Assembly: GCA_044229845.1 (NCBI GenBank)
Contig: JBGASG010000007.1
Location: 32,001-96,000 of the forward strand
Length of the DNA stretch: 64,000 bases
Reading direction: 5' to 3'
DNA from: Candidatus Obscuribacteraceae bacterium
GTDB taxonomy: Bacteria; Cyanobacteriota; Vampirovibrionia; Obscuribacterales; Obscuribacteraceae
Shown in pieces: positions 21,201 through 31,099 of the stretch (position 1 is the first letter of the stretch; every line of letters starts with the position of its first letter). The notes below the pieces were generated by a model. It made no database searches. It was given only the letters and a program-made list of their open reading frames with translations, and was not told the DNA's origin. The position numbers and the translations under genes were made by a program.

Positions 21201-21936
21201 GGAACTGCGACGCGGACACCAGCCCACCGCCGGACTGCATTATTGAGACATGGCTGTCGGGAAACTTGCTGCACAGGCCATCTAAATATTGTCGCAGCAA
21301 GGGTGACAGGTAGGCATCGACGAGAGTTGTGTCGGCGCGACTGACGAACTTGATGACAGGCGCCACTTCGTGCGATACAGATGTGTGCGTAAAGCCGATG
21401 CTGTGTGCCAGCGCGTACACCTGCTCCTCGTGCCCGGTGTGTTTGTAGCCGTGCATCAGGGTGACGGCGCAACTGCGAATGCCGGCATCGAAAGCCTCCT
21501 GAAGTTTGACCCGCAACGATTCTGGATCAAGTGCTTGCAGGGTGTCACCATTTGCGGTGACACGCTCGCTGCATTCGACGACTTGCTCGTATAGAACTTC
21601 CGGTTTGCGAATGTGCAAGGCGAAGATGTCCGGCCGATTTTGATAGCCGATGCGTACCGCGTCTTTGAAGCCTGCTGTCGTGACAAAAACGCAGCGAGCC
21701 CCCTTGCGTTCGAGCAGCGCGTTGGTGCCGATTGTGGTGCCGATGCGTAAAGACGCCACTGCCGTGTCGCCGGGCGTTGAGCCCGCAAGTAAATGTCGCA
21801 CGCCTTCAGCGATGGCATCGTCGTATCGCCCGGGATTGTTGGACAACAGCTTGTGCGTCAGAATGCGCCCGTCAGGGGCTCTGGCGACGATGTCAGTGAA
21901 TGTGCCACCACGGTCGACCCAGAATTGCCAATTCAT
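18271..21936 (-). CDS. ATP-dependent 5-oxoprolinase (fused hydantoinase A/B)
   Basis: DRGGTFTD, SGPAGG, DMGGTSTDV, AAGGGS, ERLDFSCA, HIPVHLGSM, GTMNN and ETPGGAGYG; 1221 aa. Confidence 0.93.
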   Translation of the reverse strand: MNWQFWVDRGGTFTDIVARAPDGRILTHKLLSNNPGRYDDAIAEGVRHLLAGSTPGDTAVASLRIGTTIGTNALLERKGARCVFVTTAGFKDAVRIGYQNRPDIFALHIRKPEVLYEQVVECSERVTANGDTLQALDPESLRVKLQEAFDAGIRSCAVTLMHGYKHTGHEEQVYALAHSIGFTHTSVSHEVAPVIKFVSRADTTLVDAYLSPLLRQYLDGLCSKFPDSHVSIMQSGGGLVSASQFRGKDSILSGPAGGIIGAVKTAAQLGLDKIVTFDMGGTSTDVAHFKGEIERCFETQVAGVRLRAPMMAIHTVAAGGGSILHFDGSRIAVGPDSAGAFPGPACYRNGGPLTVTDCNVLLGRIQGDFFPAVFGPDGNLPIDPDVVKLKFTQLAAEIAHAEAAAGADAGARSVEAIAAGFLDIAVMHMAQAIKKISVQRGYDITDYSLFCFGGAGGQHACLIADALGMRQIVIHPLAGVLSALGMGLAELQVLKQQSVEVVLDEAGLHSARTAANALAEQAAAELRLSGAAAGHPEHPRIALHGYLRYADTEAYLPVALSTAQTMRSLFEAEHQMRYGFICPEKPVVISWVTAEASLSGHQLQSSEETVSAGEPPRQLRPSKMIRLYSKGQYHEAPLYERNLLPVDSQITGPALIIEATATTVIESGWQASVTTGGTLMLTRSQTTASGTTAGGGTRNQISLSQPDPIYLEVFNSLFMFIAEQMGETLQMTSRSVNIRERLDFSCAVFDATGELIANAPHIPVHLGSMSDSVKSLIAQHGNSLRPGDAFAHNDPYDGGTHLPDITVISPCFDADGANLLFFVASRGHHADVGGITPGSMPADSKNIEQEGVLLKHVQILSDARFQDEQLKRIFASITNPPRNVEQNLADLRAQIAANNRGLLELGKAVQEYGQDVVVRYMDFVQANAELAVRKAIAVLKDGSYACTMDDGSVIKAQITVQRADASGQPAAIIDFTGTSSQQSNNLNAPLSVCRAAVLYVFRTLVGDSIPLNAGCLRPLTLVVPEGCLLRPSYPAAVVAGNVETSQVICDVLYGALGVMAASQGTMNNFTFGNDQHQYYETICGGSGAGTTFDGTDAVQTNMTNSRLTDPEILETRFPVRLEEFSIRPDSGGGGLHRGGNGVLRRIRFLEPMVASILSNRRRIAPPGLRGGADGRPGKNAVLHNSTGTSVTVLSATQSVHLQPGDVFVIETPGGAGYGQSD

Positions 21937-21947
21937 CTCGGTCGAAC

Positions 21948-23795
21948 TCAGTTCACATTGAACCGTTTGGAAAGGCGCTTGCCCTGATACTCCGTAATCG
22001 GCGCACCGGCAGCCTCAGTAGCTTCGTCTTTGACGACCAGGAAATCGCTGTCGTTCTGCCATTTTTGCTTCTCGGCATTGAAGTCGTCCGAGAAAACATC
22101 AGGGACGCGCACGGTGAGCAAATGCAGTTTGTGCGCTGGATCCGGCTGGTCTTTGCTGACTGCCAGCACTTTTTTCGGGTCGATGCCGCTTTGTGTTTGC
22201 TTGCGGAAGCCGAGCAGTTTGACGGCTTCGACATTTTGCGTGGCGCCTGTAATCACCCAGTTGACCGGTGCTTGCGACGCACAGACGAGGGTCATCGGAC
22301 CTGATTTGGGATTGATGTCGACGATCACATCGCCGACTTTGTCTTCCGGCGGATCGACTTCTTCCGGATCATCAGCCCCCTCTGTAGCCAGCAGCACGAC
22401 TTTCTTCTCATGCGGTTTCTTCGGATAGGCGATCTCGATCAGCGGCTCTTTCCATTCTTTTTTGCCGGCTTCGTTGGTGCTGGTCGGCGTCGGGCAAGGT
22501 TCTTCGGTGACCGTCTGCGACTGCGTGGTGGTTGATGTGACCGCTGGAGTCGGAGCTGTCGGACGGAAATTGGTGAACATGGCGGCGATGCCGATGCCGG
22601 CAAAGACGAGCAGCGCAGCCACGCCGGCCACTGCGCCCATCGCCAGGGCGGGCTGGTTGAGCAGAGCAGCAATCGGATTAGGATTGGTGCTGGGCTGAGT
22701 GTCGACCATTGAGTGGGGCGGTCCGGAGTTGGCGCCGGGGTTGGTCGACCCGGATCCGGAAGAAAGAAATGGACGCACCGGCGATGTCGATGAAGGCGGG
22801 CCGGGCGGATTGGACGCCGGCATGCCTTGCGAAACGCGCGTGCCCATGGTGGCACTGCCGCCCGCCACCGCCGACGGTGAGAGAAACGGTTGCGCGCCGA
22901 TCGCGGCCGCCGTGCACTGGTTGCGAGCATTGCCGAGAGCTTCTTTGAGCTCCTTCATGCTGGCGTGACGGTCGTCACGATTCTTGGACAGGGCCCGCGC
23001 CACCAGTGACTCCACTTCCGCGGGAATCGCTAAATCTGGGCGGACGTCTTGCATCATAGACGGAATGTCATGCACGTGCCGGTAGACTGTCTGCACGAAG
23101 TTTTCGCCGATGATCGGCGGCGTGCCGGTAATTGTCTCGTAAGTGAGACAACCGAGCGCATAGATGTCGGAACGTTCGTCGAGTGCCTGCCCCAGGCATT
23201 GCTCGGGGCTCATGTAGAGAGGGCTGCCGAAAATCTCGCCCGTATGCGTCAGGCGCATGGCTTCGGCGCCGTCTTTGTCCAGGGCTTTCACAATTCCCAG
23301 GTCGACGATTTTGACGAAGTCCTGGTTGTCGCCAATCAGCATGACGTTGCTGGGTTTCAGGTCGCGGTGGATGAAACCGCGCGCGTGCGCGTGCGCCAGT
23401 CCCTCGGCAATCTGCTCGGCGATTCTGAGCGCCGTCTGGATGGGCAGCCCGTTTTTGTCGATAAGCTTTGTGAGCGTGGTGCCGTCCAGGTACTCCATGA
23501 CCAGGAACGGTATCTTATCGGCGGTCTCGCCGAAATCAATCAACGAAATCAGGTGGGGGTGGGTAAGGGCGCTCATGGCCATCGCTTCTTTGACGAAACG
23601 CTGCGTGGCGCGCTCATCGATCGATTGGTTGGACATCATCTTGACGGCGACGTCGCGACCAATGGCGACCTGCCGGGCTTTATAGACGGAGCCCATAGCG
23701 CCGCGCCCGATGAAGGACACAATTTCATACCGCTCGGCTAAAATCTGGCCGATGAAATCGTCGTTATTCCCGGAAGAAGTGTTGGACATCTTCAC
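21948..23795 (-). CDS. Membrane Hanks-type Ser/Thr protein kinase with an unknown ectodomain
   Basis: GRGAMG, VAVK, HRDLKPSN, DLG, YMSPEQ, Pro-rich linker and TM helix. The start may be 23789. Confidence 0.92.
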   Translation of the reverse strand: MKMSNTSSGNNDDFIGQILAERYEIVSFIGRGAMGSVYKARQVAIGRDVAVKMMSNQSIDERATQRFVKEAMAMSALTHPHLISLIDFGETADKIPFLVMEYLDGTTLTKLIDKNGLPIQTALRIAEQIAEGLAHAHARGFIHRDLKPSNVMLIGDNQDFVKIVDLGIVKALDKDGAEAMRLTHTGEIFGSPLYMSPEQCLGQALDERSDIYALGCLTYETITGTPPIIGENFVQTVYRHVHDIPSMMQDVRPDLAIPAEVESLVARALSKNRDDRHASMKELKEALGNARNQCTAAAIGAQPFLSPSAVAGGSATMGTRVSQGMPASNPPGPPSSTSPVRPFLSSGSGSTNPGANSGPPHSMVDTQPSTNPNPIAALLNQPALAMGAVAGVAALLVFAGIGIAAMFTNFRPTAPTPAVTSTTTQSQTVTEEPCPTPTSTNEAGKKEWKEPLIEIAYPKKPHEKKVVLLATEGADDPEEVDPPEDKVGDVIVDINPKSGPMTLVCASQAPVNWVITGATQNVEAVKLLGFRKQTQSGIDPKKVLAVSKDQPDPAHKLHLLTVRVPDVFSDDFNAEKQKWQNDSDFLVVKDEATEAAGAPITEYQGKRLSKRFNVN

Positions 23796-24101
23796 CCTAA
23801 GCAGACCACATTCTAGTTATGTTACATCCTCCCAAGAGTTCGTGAGGGCAATTGACCATATCAAGGCGCGAAAAAGTGCCTCATTTCGCGGGTCTGTGAC
23901 CGGGGAATTTCGGCGCCTGTGCCGCGTATGGAACTTATTTGCCCGGAATTTTACGACCTGCGACAGTCTGGCAGGCAGCGCCTGCCCTGACCGGCAGACG
24001 ACAGGCTGGGTGGTCACTCGGACCCCGCTTGCAAAGGGAAAGCCTGGCTTAATTCTGAGCCGTATCTGCGGCTTCGGCAAGGAAAGGAGGAAACCCGCCG
24101 T

Positions 24102-24920
24102 ATGAAGCCCCTGTTGCTTTTGGGAGTAGGCAAGGTGGCGCAAGCCATCAACACTCGCGTCAAGGGTTCGCGCCAGGTTCGGGGTACGACGCGAGACCCC
24201 AACCGGATTTTCGAGTTCGACCAGGCGGGCATGGAACCCATAATCATGCCCTGGCCCTCGGCCGACATCATTAGCCCCCTGGCGGTCGACGCCCAGGTTG
24301 TCGTCAGCTTTGCTCCGGATGGCAAGACCGACGCCGTCCTCGCGCCTGCCTGCGCTGGAGCGAACAAGATTGTCTACATATCGAGCACCGGCGTCTACGA
24401 TTTGCAAGCCGGCACCATTGACGATACTACTGCTGCTGCGCCGGCTTCGGACGACAACCGTCTGCGCCTTGAAGCGGAGCAGATCTGGCGTGATGCAGGC
24501 GCGATCGTGCTGCGTTGCCCGGCTATCTACAGTCCCGATAGCGGCTTGCACCTGCGCTTGCGCAGCGGCGCTCACAAAATTCCCGGCGATGGTACCAACT
24601 TCATGTCGCGCATTCACGTGCAAGACCTGGTCACTATTATTCTCGCCGCACTCGATTCAGATGTGGCGAACGAAACATTCGTAGTCGGCGACCTGTCCCC
24701 GGCGCCGCATCTGGAAGTCGTTCACTGGCTCTGCGAACAACTCGATCTGCCGATGCCGGAGCACATACCGATTGAAGAGGCGCCCGCCACCATGCGTGGC
24801 AACCGCAGAGTGAATCCCGAACGGGCACTCAGTACATTCAATGTCAAACTGGCGTTCCCCACGTATCGGGAAGGCTTTCTAGATTGCCTCGACCAGCTGG
24901 ATAAAAGCGCCCGCAACTAG
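24102..24920 (+). CDS. NAD-dependent epimerase/dehydratase, atypical SDR (YeeZ-like)
   Basis: YISSTGVY, RL.AEQ, SRIHVQDL and FPTYREG; good SD (AGGAGG). Confidence 0.85.
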   Translation: MKPLLLLGVGKVAQAINTRVKGSRQVRGTTRDPNRIFEFDQAGMEPIIMPWPSADIISPLAVDAQVVVSFAPDGKTDAVLAPACAGANKIVYISSTGVYDLQAGTIDDTTAAAPASDDNRLRLEAEQIWRDAGAIVLRCPAIYSPDSGLHLRLRSGAHKIPGDGTNFMSRIHVQDLVTIILAALDSDVANETFVVGDLSPAPHLEVVHWLCEQLDLPMPEHIPIEEAPATMRGNRRVNPERALSTFNVKLAFPTYREGFLDCLDQLDKSARN

Positions 24921-26035
24921 TCGGAGCCGGTGGTGCTGCCGCCGGTGGTATCGACAGAAAGCGTCTGTATCGCCTTCTGAAACAGCGAATCGGAATCCGC
25001 GCGCGAGTAGCCGACGGTGCCAATCGACAGACAGTAAAATTTGCCGCCTTCTGCGAAAAATAAAGTATGCGACATCGCCGGTGCGCCGTTCATGGACATG
25101 CTTCCGGAGCGAACCATGCCCTCCATACGGGTGCCGGCACCAAAGGTGGCGGTACTGTCAGTTAGTCGCGCCCAGTTTTTCTGGGGTTTCAGGTATTGTT
25201 TCTCGACGCTGTCCGCAAACTGTTGCAGTGTCAGCCCCGGTGGTGCCGGATGGCAGGTCAATTGCAGCTCTCCACCCCTGCCACTACTGTCGGTGCCGGA
25301 CATTTTGACCAGTACTTCAGGCTCGAACATCTGTTGTTCGTGCCATGAAGCAGGATACGAAAACGATCCGACGCCCTTCTTGTACCAGTTGGCATAGCCG
25401 ACCGCGGGTTTGTTGCCGCTATCGGTACGCGGTGCGCTGGCGGCTCCGCCGCTGCTGCCGTACGGTGCGACGCTGAGCAGGACATAGTTGTATATCGGGT
25501 CGAGCGCCGCCCACTGACTGTCGGGTCCAAGCATGGCAAAGGTGTACATACGCCCGTTTTGTGACCAGTGTGTAATGCGCTGGTGGAACTTGGCTTCGCC
25601 GATTTTCAAACTGGCTACGCGGGTCACGCCGTTGAGCTTTAAATTGCGTCCAAACCGAACCCACTCCATTTTGCCCGGCTCGTAACTGGGAATCTGTTTG
25701 CTGAATGCATCGGCCACGGCTTTGGCAACCTGCTCAACGGCTGCATCGGAGGCGGCCACGCTCAGCTGCATCTCGCCGTTGGCTCCGCCGCTCGTCACGC
25801 CCGACAATTTGACCAGCGTGTCATTGTCGGTCTTCGGCTGTGACGCAAATCTTTTCGGATAGATGAACATGACGCCGGCGTTCTTGTCGCTATACCAGAC
25901 AAGTTCTTCGTGTATATCCGTTGGCGCTTGTATCGACGGTATTGGATATGCATCCGCCGTGTCGGCAAAAAGAATTGGTGAAGATAGAGAGCACACCGCC
26001 AGTAGTGCGATGCCGTATATACCCCTTATGCGCAT
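24917..26035 (-). CDS. Exported hypothetical protein with two tandem PsbP/DUF1795-like domains
   Basis: Signal peptide and an internal duplication (FIYP..LVKLSG..GEMQL versus FSYP..LVKMSG..GELQL). Confidence 0.7.
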   Translation of the reverse strand: MRIRGIYGIALLAVCSLSSPILFADTADAYPIPSIQAPTDIHEELVWYSDKNAGVMFIYPKRFASQPKTDNDTLVKLSGVTSGGANGEMQLSVAASDAAVEQVAKAVADAFSKQIPSYEPGKMEWVRFGRNLKLNGVTRVASLKIGEAKFHQRITHWSQNGRMYTFAMLGPDSQWAALDPIYNYVLLSVAPYGSSGGAASAPRTDSGNKPAVGYANWYKKGVGSFSYPASWHEQQMFEPEVLVKMSGTDSSGRGGELQLTCHPAPPGLTLQQFADSVEKQYLKPQKNWARLTDSTATFGAGTRMEGMVRSGSMSMNGAPAMSHTLFFAEGGKFYCLSIGTVGYSRADSDSLFQKAIQTLSVDTTGGSTTGSD

Positions 26036-26165
26036 GGCGCACCTCTCGATGGATCGAATGACTATTAGTGTACCGCGTCAACTGTGGATAGTTTACTTTC
26101 TCGGCTACGTCCTTTTCAGTACAATTTCTACTGATAGGATGGCAACCTGAAAGAGCCCGCTGGAT

Positions 26166-27335
26166 ATGCGTCTAATACACACCTCGGACTGGCATCTGGG
26201 GCGAATTTTCTACAACGTTCACCTGACTGACGATCAGGCGCACGTGCTCGACCAGTTTGTCGATCTGGTGCGCGATGAGGCACCGGATGCGGTGCTGATT
26301 GCCGGCGACATTTACGATCGCGCCGTGCCACCACCGGAGGCGGTGTCGCTGCTGGATGAAACTTTGTGTCGCATCGCCCTCGATTTGAAAGTGCCGGTGA
26401 TTATGATCGCCGGCAACCACGACAGCCCGGAGCGGGTGAGCTTCGGCTCACGCCTGCTCTCGCGTGCTCAAGTCTACACGTTCGGGGAGGTGGCGCGTGG
26501 CGTCAACGCCAATCATGTCATGCTCACTGATCGACATGGCGACATTGACGTATTTGCCGTTCCATATGCGGAACCGCCGGTGGTGCGTCACTATTTCGAA
26601 GACTCCCAGGTCGCGGACCATCAATCGGCCTTCCAGACACTCATCGATCACATTCGAGAGCACAAAGATGCACCCGGAAAGAAACGGAACCGCAGCGTTT
26701 TGATGACCCACGCTTTCGTGTCGGGCGGACAGGAAAGCGATTCAGAACGGCCGCTTTCCGTGGGTGGTTCGGGCGCCATCAGTGCCGACCTTTTCGATGG
26801 ATTCGATTACGTGGCTCTGGGACATTTGCATCGGCCGCAAAAAGTTTCTCAAGAAAGCATTCAGTACAGCGGTTCGCTGCTCAAATATTCCTTCTCCGAA
26901 GCTAATCAGAAGAAGGCGATCAACATCATCGACATGGATGCCGAGGGACGCATCTCTGTGCGCCGGCAGTCGCTGTCGCCGCGTCGCGACCTGCGCCGCA
27001 TCTCTGGCACGCTGCACGAGCTCATGCAGTCCGCTGAAAAGGACGGCAGCAAAGATGACTATATATGCGCCGAGCTCACAGATGTCGGCGCGTTGTTCGA
27101 CGCTCCAGGGCAACTGCGCCAGTTCTACCCGAATCTTATGCAGATAGAACGTCCGTACATCGCAGTCGACCGCAACGGCGACGCACGAGTGGATCACCGG
27201 GCTCTTTCCGACATGCAATTGTTTTCCCAATTCTTCGCGCAGGTGACGGGCAACGAGTTAACCGAAGATCAGGCTAACGCTTATGCCGGCATCATGGACG
27301 ACGTCAGGCGCAGCCAGCGTCAGGGAGCGCTATGA
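26166..27335 (+). CDS. sbcD: Nuclease SbcCD subunit D
   Basis: HTSDWHLG, AGDIYD, GNHDS, ALGHLH and YSGSLLKYSFSE. Confidence 0.95.
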   Translation: MRLIHTSDWHLGRIFYNVHLTDDQAHVLDQFVDLVRDEAPDAVLIAGDIYDRAVPPPEAVSLLDETLCRIALDLKVPVIMIAGNHDSPERVSFGSRLLSRAQVYTFGEVARGVNANHVMLTDRHGDIDVFAVPYAEPPVVRHYFEDSQVADHQSAFQTLIDHIREHKDAPGKKRNRSVLMTHAFVSGGQESDSERPLSVGGSGAISADLFDGFDYVALGHLHRPQKVSQESIQYSGSLLKYSFSEANQKKAINIIDMDAEGRISVRRQSLSPRRDLRRISGTLHELMQSAEKDGSKDDYICAELTDVGALFDAPGQLRQFYPNLMQIERPYIAVDRNGDARVDHRALSDMQLFSQFFAQVTGNELTEDQANAYAGIMDDVRRSQRQGAL

Positions 27336-30300
27336 GACCGCAACGGCTCACCATGAGCGCTTTCGGACCATACGCCGGTGAGCAAGAGATAGACTTTCGC
27401 AACCTCGGCGAGCGCTCGTTCTTTCTCATTCACGGAGCGACCGGCGCCGGCAAGACCACGGTCCTGGATGCGATTTGTTTCGCGCTCTACGGCTCGACAA
27501 CCGGCGAGGAACGTACCGGGCGCCAGATGCGCAGCGACCTAGCGCAACCGCAGACTATGACTGAGGTGTTTCTCGATTTCTCGCTGGGTCGCGAGCAGTA
27601 CCGTATCCACAGAATTCCCGAACACGAAGTGGTGCGCCGCAATAAGACCGTCACGCAGAAAGCGCAGGCGACTCTCTGGAAACGCAGTGCGGTTGAAGAG
27701 GCGGATGATGCGAACGACGGCGAACTGGTCACTGCCGGCTGGAAGGAAGTCACTAAGGCGATCGAGACGCTGCTCGGGTTTCAGCGCGATCAGTTCAGGC
27801 AAGTGGTGGTGTTGCCGCAAGGACAGTTTCGTCGACTGTTAATCGCCACATCGAAAGAGCGCGAAACGATTTTGGAAACGCTGTTTCGAACTGAGTACTT
27901 TCGCAACGCCGAGCTGGCGCTCAAAGAAGCCGCCGGCACGGTGACAGATGCCATCAAGCAAGTAACGCGCGAGCGCGAAACGCAACTGACCATGCTCGGT
28001 GTCGAATCGCAGCAGGAGTTGTTTACCAGGCACGAGCAGGTGCGTTTCGACCTGGAGAAAACCCGCAACGATCTGACGCGCTGGCAGGGTGTTTTGTCTG
28101 AGGCTCATAAAGCTTTCGGTGAGGCGAAAACGAGCGCCGACAAATTACAGGATTCCGCCGATGCGCAGGTGGAACTGGCTGTCCTGGAAAATCAACGAGG
28201 CGTGATCGAAGAAAGGCGGCAGGAGCTACAGGGCGCACAAAAAGCCGCGCAGCTGGCTGATGTGCGGCAGGCGCTTACGGCGCAGGCGCAAGCCGAGGAG
28301 AAGGCTCATGGCGACCTGCTGGTCACGAAGGATATGCTGGCGGCTGGCGAGAAGCGGCTTGCCGAAGCTGAAGCGGCATTTGCCGAAGAAGAAACACGCG
28401 GCGAGGCGCGCACGCAAGCGCAGGAAACTTTGCGCAGTTTACAGGCGATGAGCGAACAGGTGTTTCAGCTCGATGCCGTAGGCAAAGAAGTTAAGGACCT
28501 CGAACGACAGGTAGCGCAAGCCACCACCGCCCTCGACACCACGACGGCGGAGATTGAAAAGCGGACCACGCAGCTCGATGCCCTGCGCGCCAAATGCTTG
28601 CAGGCATCGCAGGCTGAGACTCAGCTGGCGACGCTGGAGGCTCGTGTGCGCGACCTGGGACGCCGGCTGGAAACGGCGAGGAAATTGGCGACGGTCACCG
28701 AGAGTATAGATGCGTCGCGTCAGGACCTGGAGGACGCCGAACAGGATGTCGCTCGGCACGAGAAACTAATAGCTAAGTCTCATGAAGAACTGTCCGCCAT
28801 GGAAAATGCCTGGGCTGCCGGGCAAGCCGCCGTGCTGGCTCGCGGTCTGGAAGAAGGTGATGCCTGCCCCGTCTGCGGATCCTGCAAGCATCCGCATAAG
28901 GCGCGGGCAGCGAAGGACTTGCCCACGGAAGCGTCTTTGATTCAGCACCGCCAGCGGTGCCGCTCTCTGGAAGCGGAGCGCGACGCCAAGCGAGCGATTG
29001 CCGGGCAGAAGCAGCAGCAGCTGTCCGCCAACCAGACCTTGCAGGAAGAGCTGACCAGACAACTTGCTGATGGTGCTGTTTCTGTTTCTTCCCTGAGCGA
29101 GGCGCTGGCGGAAGCGAGCGCTCAGTTGGATAAGGTGCGCAGTGCGATGATAATGCACGCTGACCTGTCCAGCCGCCTGGAAACGGCGCAAAGCTACATG
29201 ACCAACCTGGATGACACGTTGAAGGCGGATCGCCTGCGTCTGTCGCAGGCGAATGACGCTTGGCGCGAGAAGCGTGGTGTGCTGGCGCAACTGGAGACAG
29301 GCATCAAGCCGGAGTATCGCGACGCTGCGCTGCTAAAGAATCAAATTCGCAGCGCCCGCCAGATGAGCGAGCAACTGCAGCAGGCATTTGAACTGGCGCA
29401 ACAAGAATTGCATTCGGCGCGAGAGGCACTGACGGGCATTCGTGCGCAACTCGACGCCGCAACAAAGACACTGGCGTCTGAGAAGAAACGCTTGACCGAA
29501 GCGCAGGCGCTTTTCGACGAAAAACTGCGCAACTGCGGGTTTGCCTCCGAGACGGAATTCGAAGCATGCCAGCGCGAGGCGCGAATCCTGGCGGAATTGG
29601 AAGAGATGGTCCAGGACTTCGACGTTGCTTTGAAGGCCGCCCAGGAAAGAAGCGCGCGTGCGCGGGAAGCGGCGCGCGACATACAGGCACCGGATTTAGT
29701 GGCGCTGCAAACCGCCGTCGATGAAGCGCAGGAGTGCTGCAACAACCTGCTCAAGGAAGAAACGCACCTGTCGCGGGACCTCACCGATCTGGAGGCCTGC
29801 AGCAAGCGACTGGAACAGCTGGAAGACAAGTTTGGCGATCTGGAGGAGAAATACCGGGTGGTCGGCACGATTGCCGAAGTCGCCAACGGGGACAATCAAC
29901 TCAACGTCACTTTCCAGCGCTTCGTGCTCGGCGCATTGCTCGATGATGTTCTGATCGCCGCCACGCAACGGCTGAACATTATGAGCAAAGGGCGGTATTA
30001 TTTGCAGCGTTCCATGACCACTCAAGACGGTCGCAAAACGGGCGGGCTCGATCTGGAAGTCACCGACACGTTTACCGGCACCAGCCGCAACGTCGCCACC
30101 TTGTCGGGAGGCGAGAGTTTTCTGGCGTCTCTAAGCCTGGCTCTTGGCCTGGCCGACGTCGTGCAGTCGTACGCCGGTGGCATTCACCTTGACACCATCT
30201 TTGTCGACGAGGGGTTCGGTACCCTCGACCCGGAAGCTCTGGATCTGGCTCTGCGCGCGCTTATAGATCTCCAGCGTACGGGGCGTCTGGTCGGCATCAT

Positions 30301-30394
30301 CTCGCATGTGCCGGAGTTGAAAGAGCGTATCGATGCTCGTCTTGAAATTGTCAGCGGTCGTCATGGGAGCAACGCCCGTTTCGTGGTCGCCTGA
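27332..30394 (+). CDS. sbcC: Nuclease SbcCD subunit C (SMC-like ATPase)
   Basis: Walker A GATGAGKT, Q-loop, CPVCG zinc hook, LSGGE signature, FVDEGFG and ISH; ATGA overlap with sbcD. Confidence 0.95.
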   Translation: MRPQRLTMSAFGPYAGEQEIDFRNLGERSFFLIHGATGAGKTTVLDAICFALYGSTTGEERTGRQMRSDLAQPQTMTEVFLDFSLGREQYRIHRIPEHEVVRRNKTVTQKAQATLWKRSAVEEADDANDGELVTAGWKEVTKAIETLLGFQRDQFRQVVVLPQGQFRRLLIATSKERETILETLFRTEYFRNAELALKEAAGTVTDAIKQVTRERETQLTMLGVESQQELFTRHEQVRFDLEKTRNDLTRWQGVLSEAHKAFGEAKTSADKLQDSADAQVELAVLENQRGVIEERRQELQGAQKAAQLADVRQALTAQAQAEEKAHGDLLVTKDMLAAGEKRLAEAEAAFAEEETRGEARTQAQETLRSLQAMSEQVFQLDAVGKEVKDLERQVAQATTALDTTTAEIEKRTTQLDALRAKCLQASQAETQLATLEARVRDLGRRLETARKLATVTESIDASRQDLEDAEQDVARHEKLIAKSHEELSAMENAWAAGQAAVLARGLEEGDACPVCGSCKHPHKARAAKDLPTEASLIQHRQRCRSLEAERDAKRAIAGQKQQQLSANQTLQEELTRQLADGAVSVSSLSEALAEASAQLDKVRSAMIMHADLSSRLETAQSYMTNLDDTLKADRLRLSQANDAWREKRGVLAQLETGIKPEYRDAALLKNQIRSARQMSEQLQQAFELAQQELHSAREALTGIRAQLDAATKTLASEKKRLTEAQALFDEKLRNCGFASETEFEACQREARILAELEEMVQDFDVALKAAQERSARAREAARDIQAPDLVALQTAVDEAQECCNNLLKEETHLSRDLTDLEACSKRLEQLEDKFGDLEEKYRVVGTIAEVANGDNQLNVTFQRFVLGALLDDVLIAATQRLNIMSKGRYYLQRSMTTQDGRKTGGLDLEVTDTFTGTSRNVATLSGGESFLASLSLALGLADVVQSYAGGIHLDTIFVDEGFGTLDPEALDLALRALIDLQRTGRLVGIISHVPELKERIDARLEIVSGRHGSNARFVVA

Positions 30395-31095
30395 TGTTTC
30401 CGCTGGCGGACACCAACCGCGCACATTCGGCGCCGCTTGTCACATGGGCGCTGATCGCCATCAACACGATCATCTTTTTTGTTGAGATGTCGCTCGGGTC
30501 TCCATATGAGCTGAAGCTGTTCTTTCGCCACTTCGGTTTCATTCCCGCGCTTCTGGTGCATGACCCCAGTCCACACGTCCTGGCATCGCTGGTGACAAAT
30601 TTGTTTCTGCACTCGGGCTGGGTGCATTTGCTCGGCAATATGTGGTTTCTGCACATCTTCGGAGATAACGTCGAAGACCGCATGGGTCATCTTGGCTTTT
30701 TCTGTTTCTATCTGATTTGCGGCATCGTCGCCAACATCACGCAGTTGTTTGCAGACCCGACTTGCACGCAGCCCGTCGTCGGAGCCAGCGGAGCCATCGC
30801 CGGTGTAATCGGGGCGTATCTTTTCCTGTTTCCGCACGCCAAAGTCAATACACTGATTTTGCTCGGGATTATTCCGATTTTTGTGCGCGTGCCGGCATTG
30901 TTTTACACTCTCCTCTGGTTTTTCCTCAACTGGGTCTCGGCGGTGTTCACCCCGCGCGTCGCCCATGGAGCCGAACAGGTGGCCTGGTGGGCGCATCTGG
31001 GCGGTTTCGCGGTAGGGTTTATACTGGTGCGATTCTTTGAAGCGCCGCGCGAACAAGAAAATCGTTTCTATCCAGATCAGTACTATCCGTGGTGA
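30394..31095 (+). CDS. Rhomboid intramembrane serine protease
   Basis: HL.GNM.FL, GASG (catalytic Ser) and AHLGG (catalytic His); TGATG overlap with sbcC. Confidence 0.93.
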   Translation: MFPLADTNRAHSAPLVTWALIAINTIIFFVEMSLGSPYELKLFFRHFGFIPALLVHDPSPHVLASLVTNLFLHSGWVHLLGNMWFLHIFGDNVEDRMGHLGFFCFYLICGIVANITQLFADPTCTQPVVGASGAIAGVIGAYLFLFPHAKVNTLILLGIIPIFVRVPALFYTLLWFFLNWVSAVFTPRVAHGAEQVAWWAHLGGFAVGFILVRFFEAPREQENRFYPDQYYPW

Positions 31096-31099
31096 GTGT

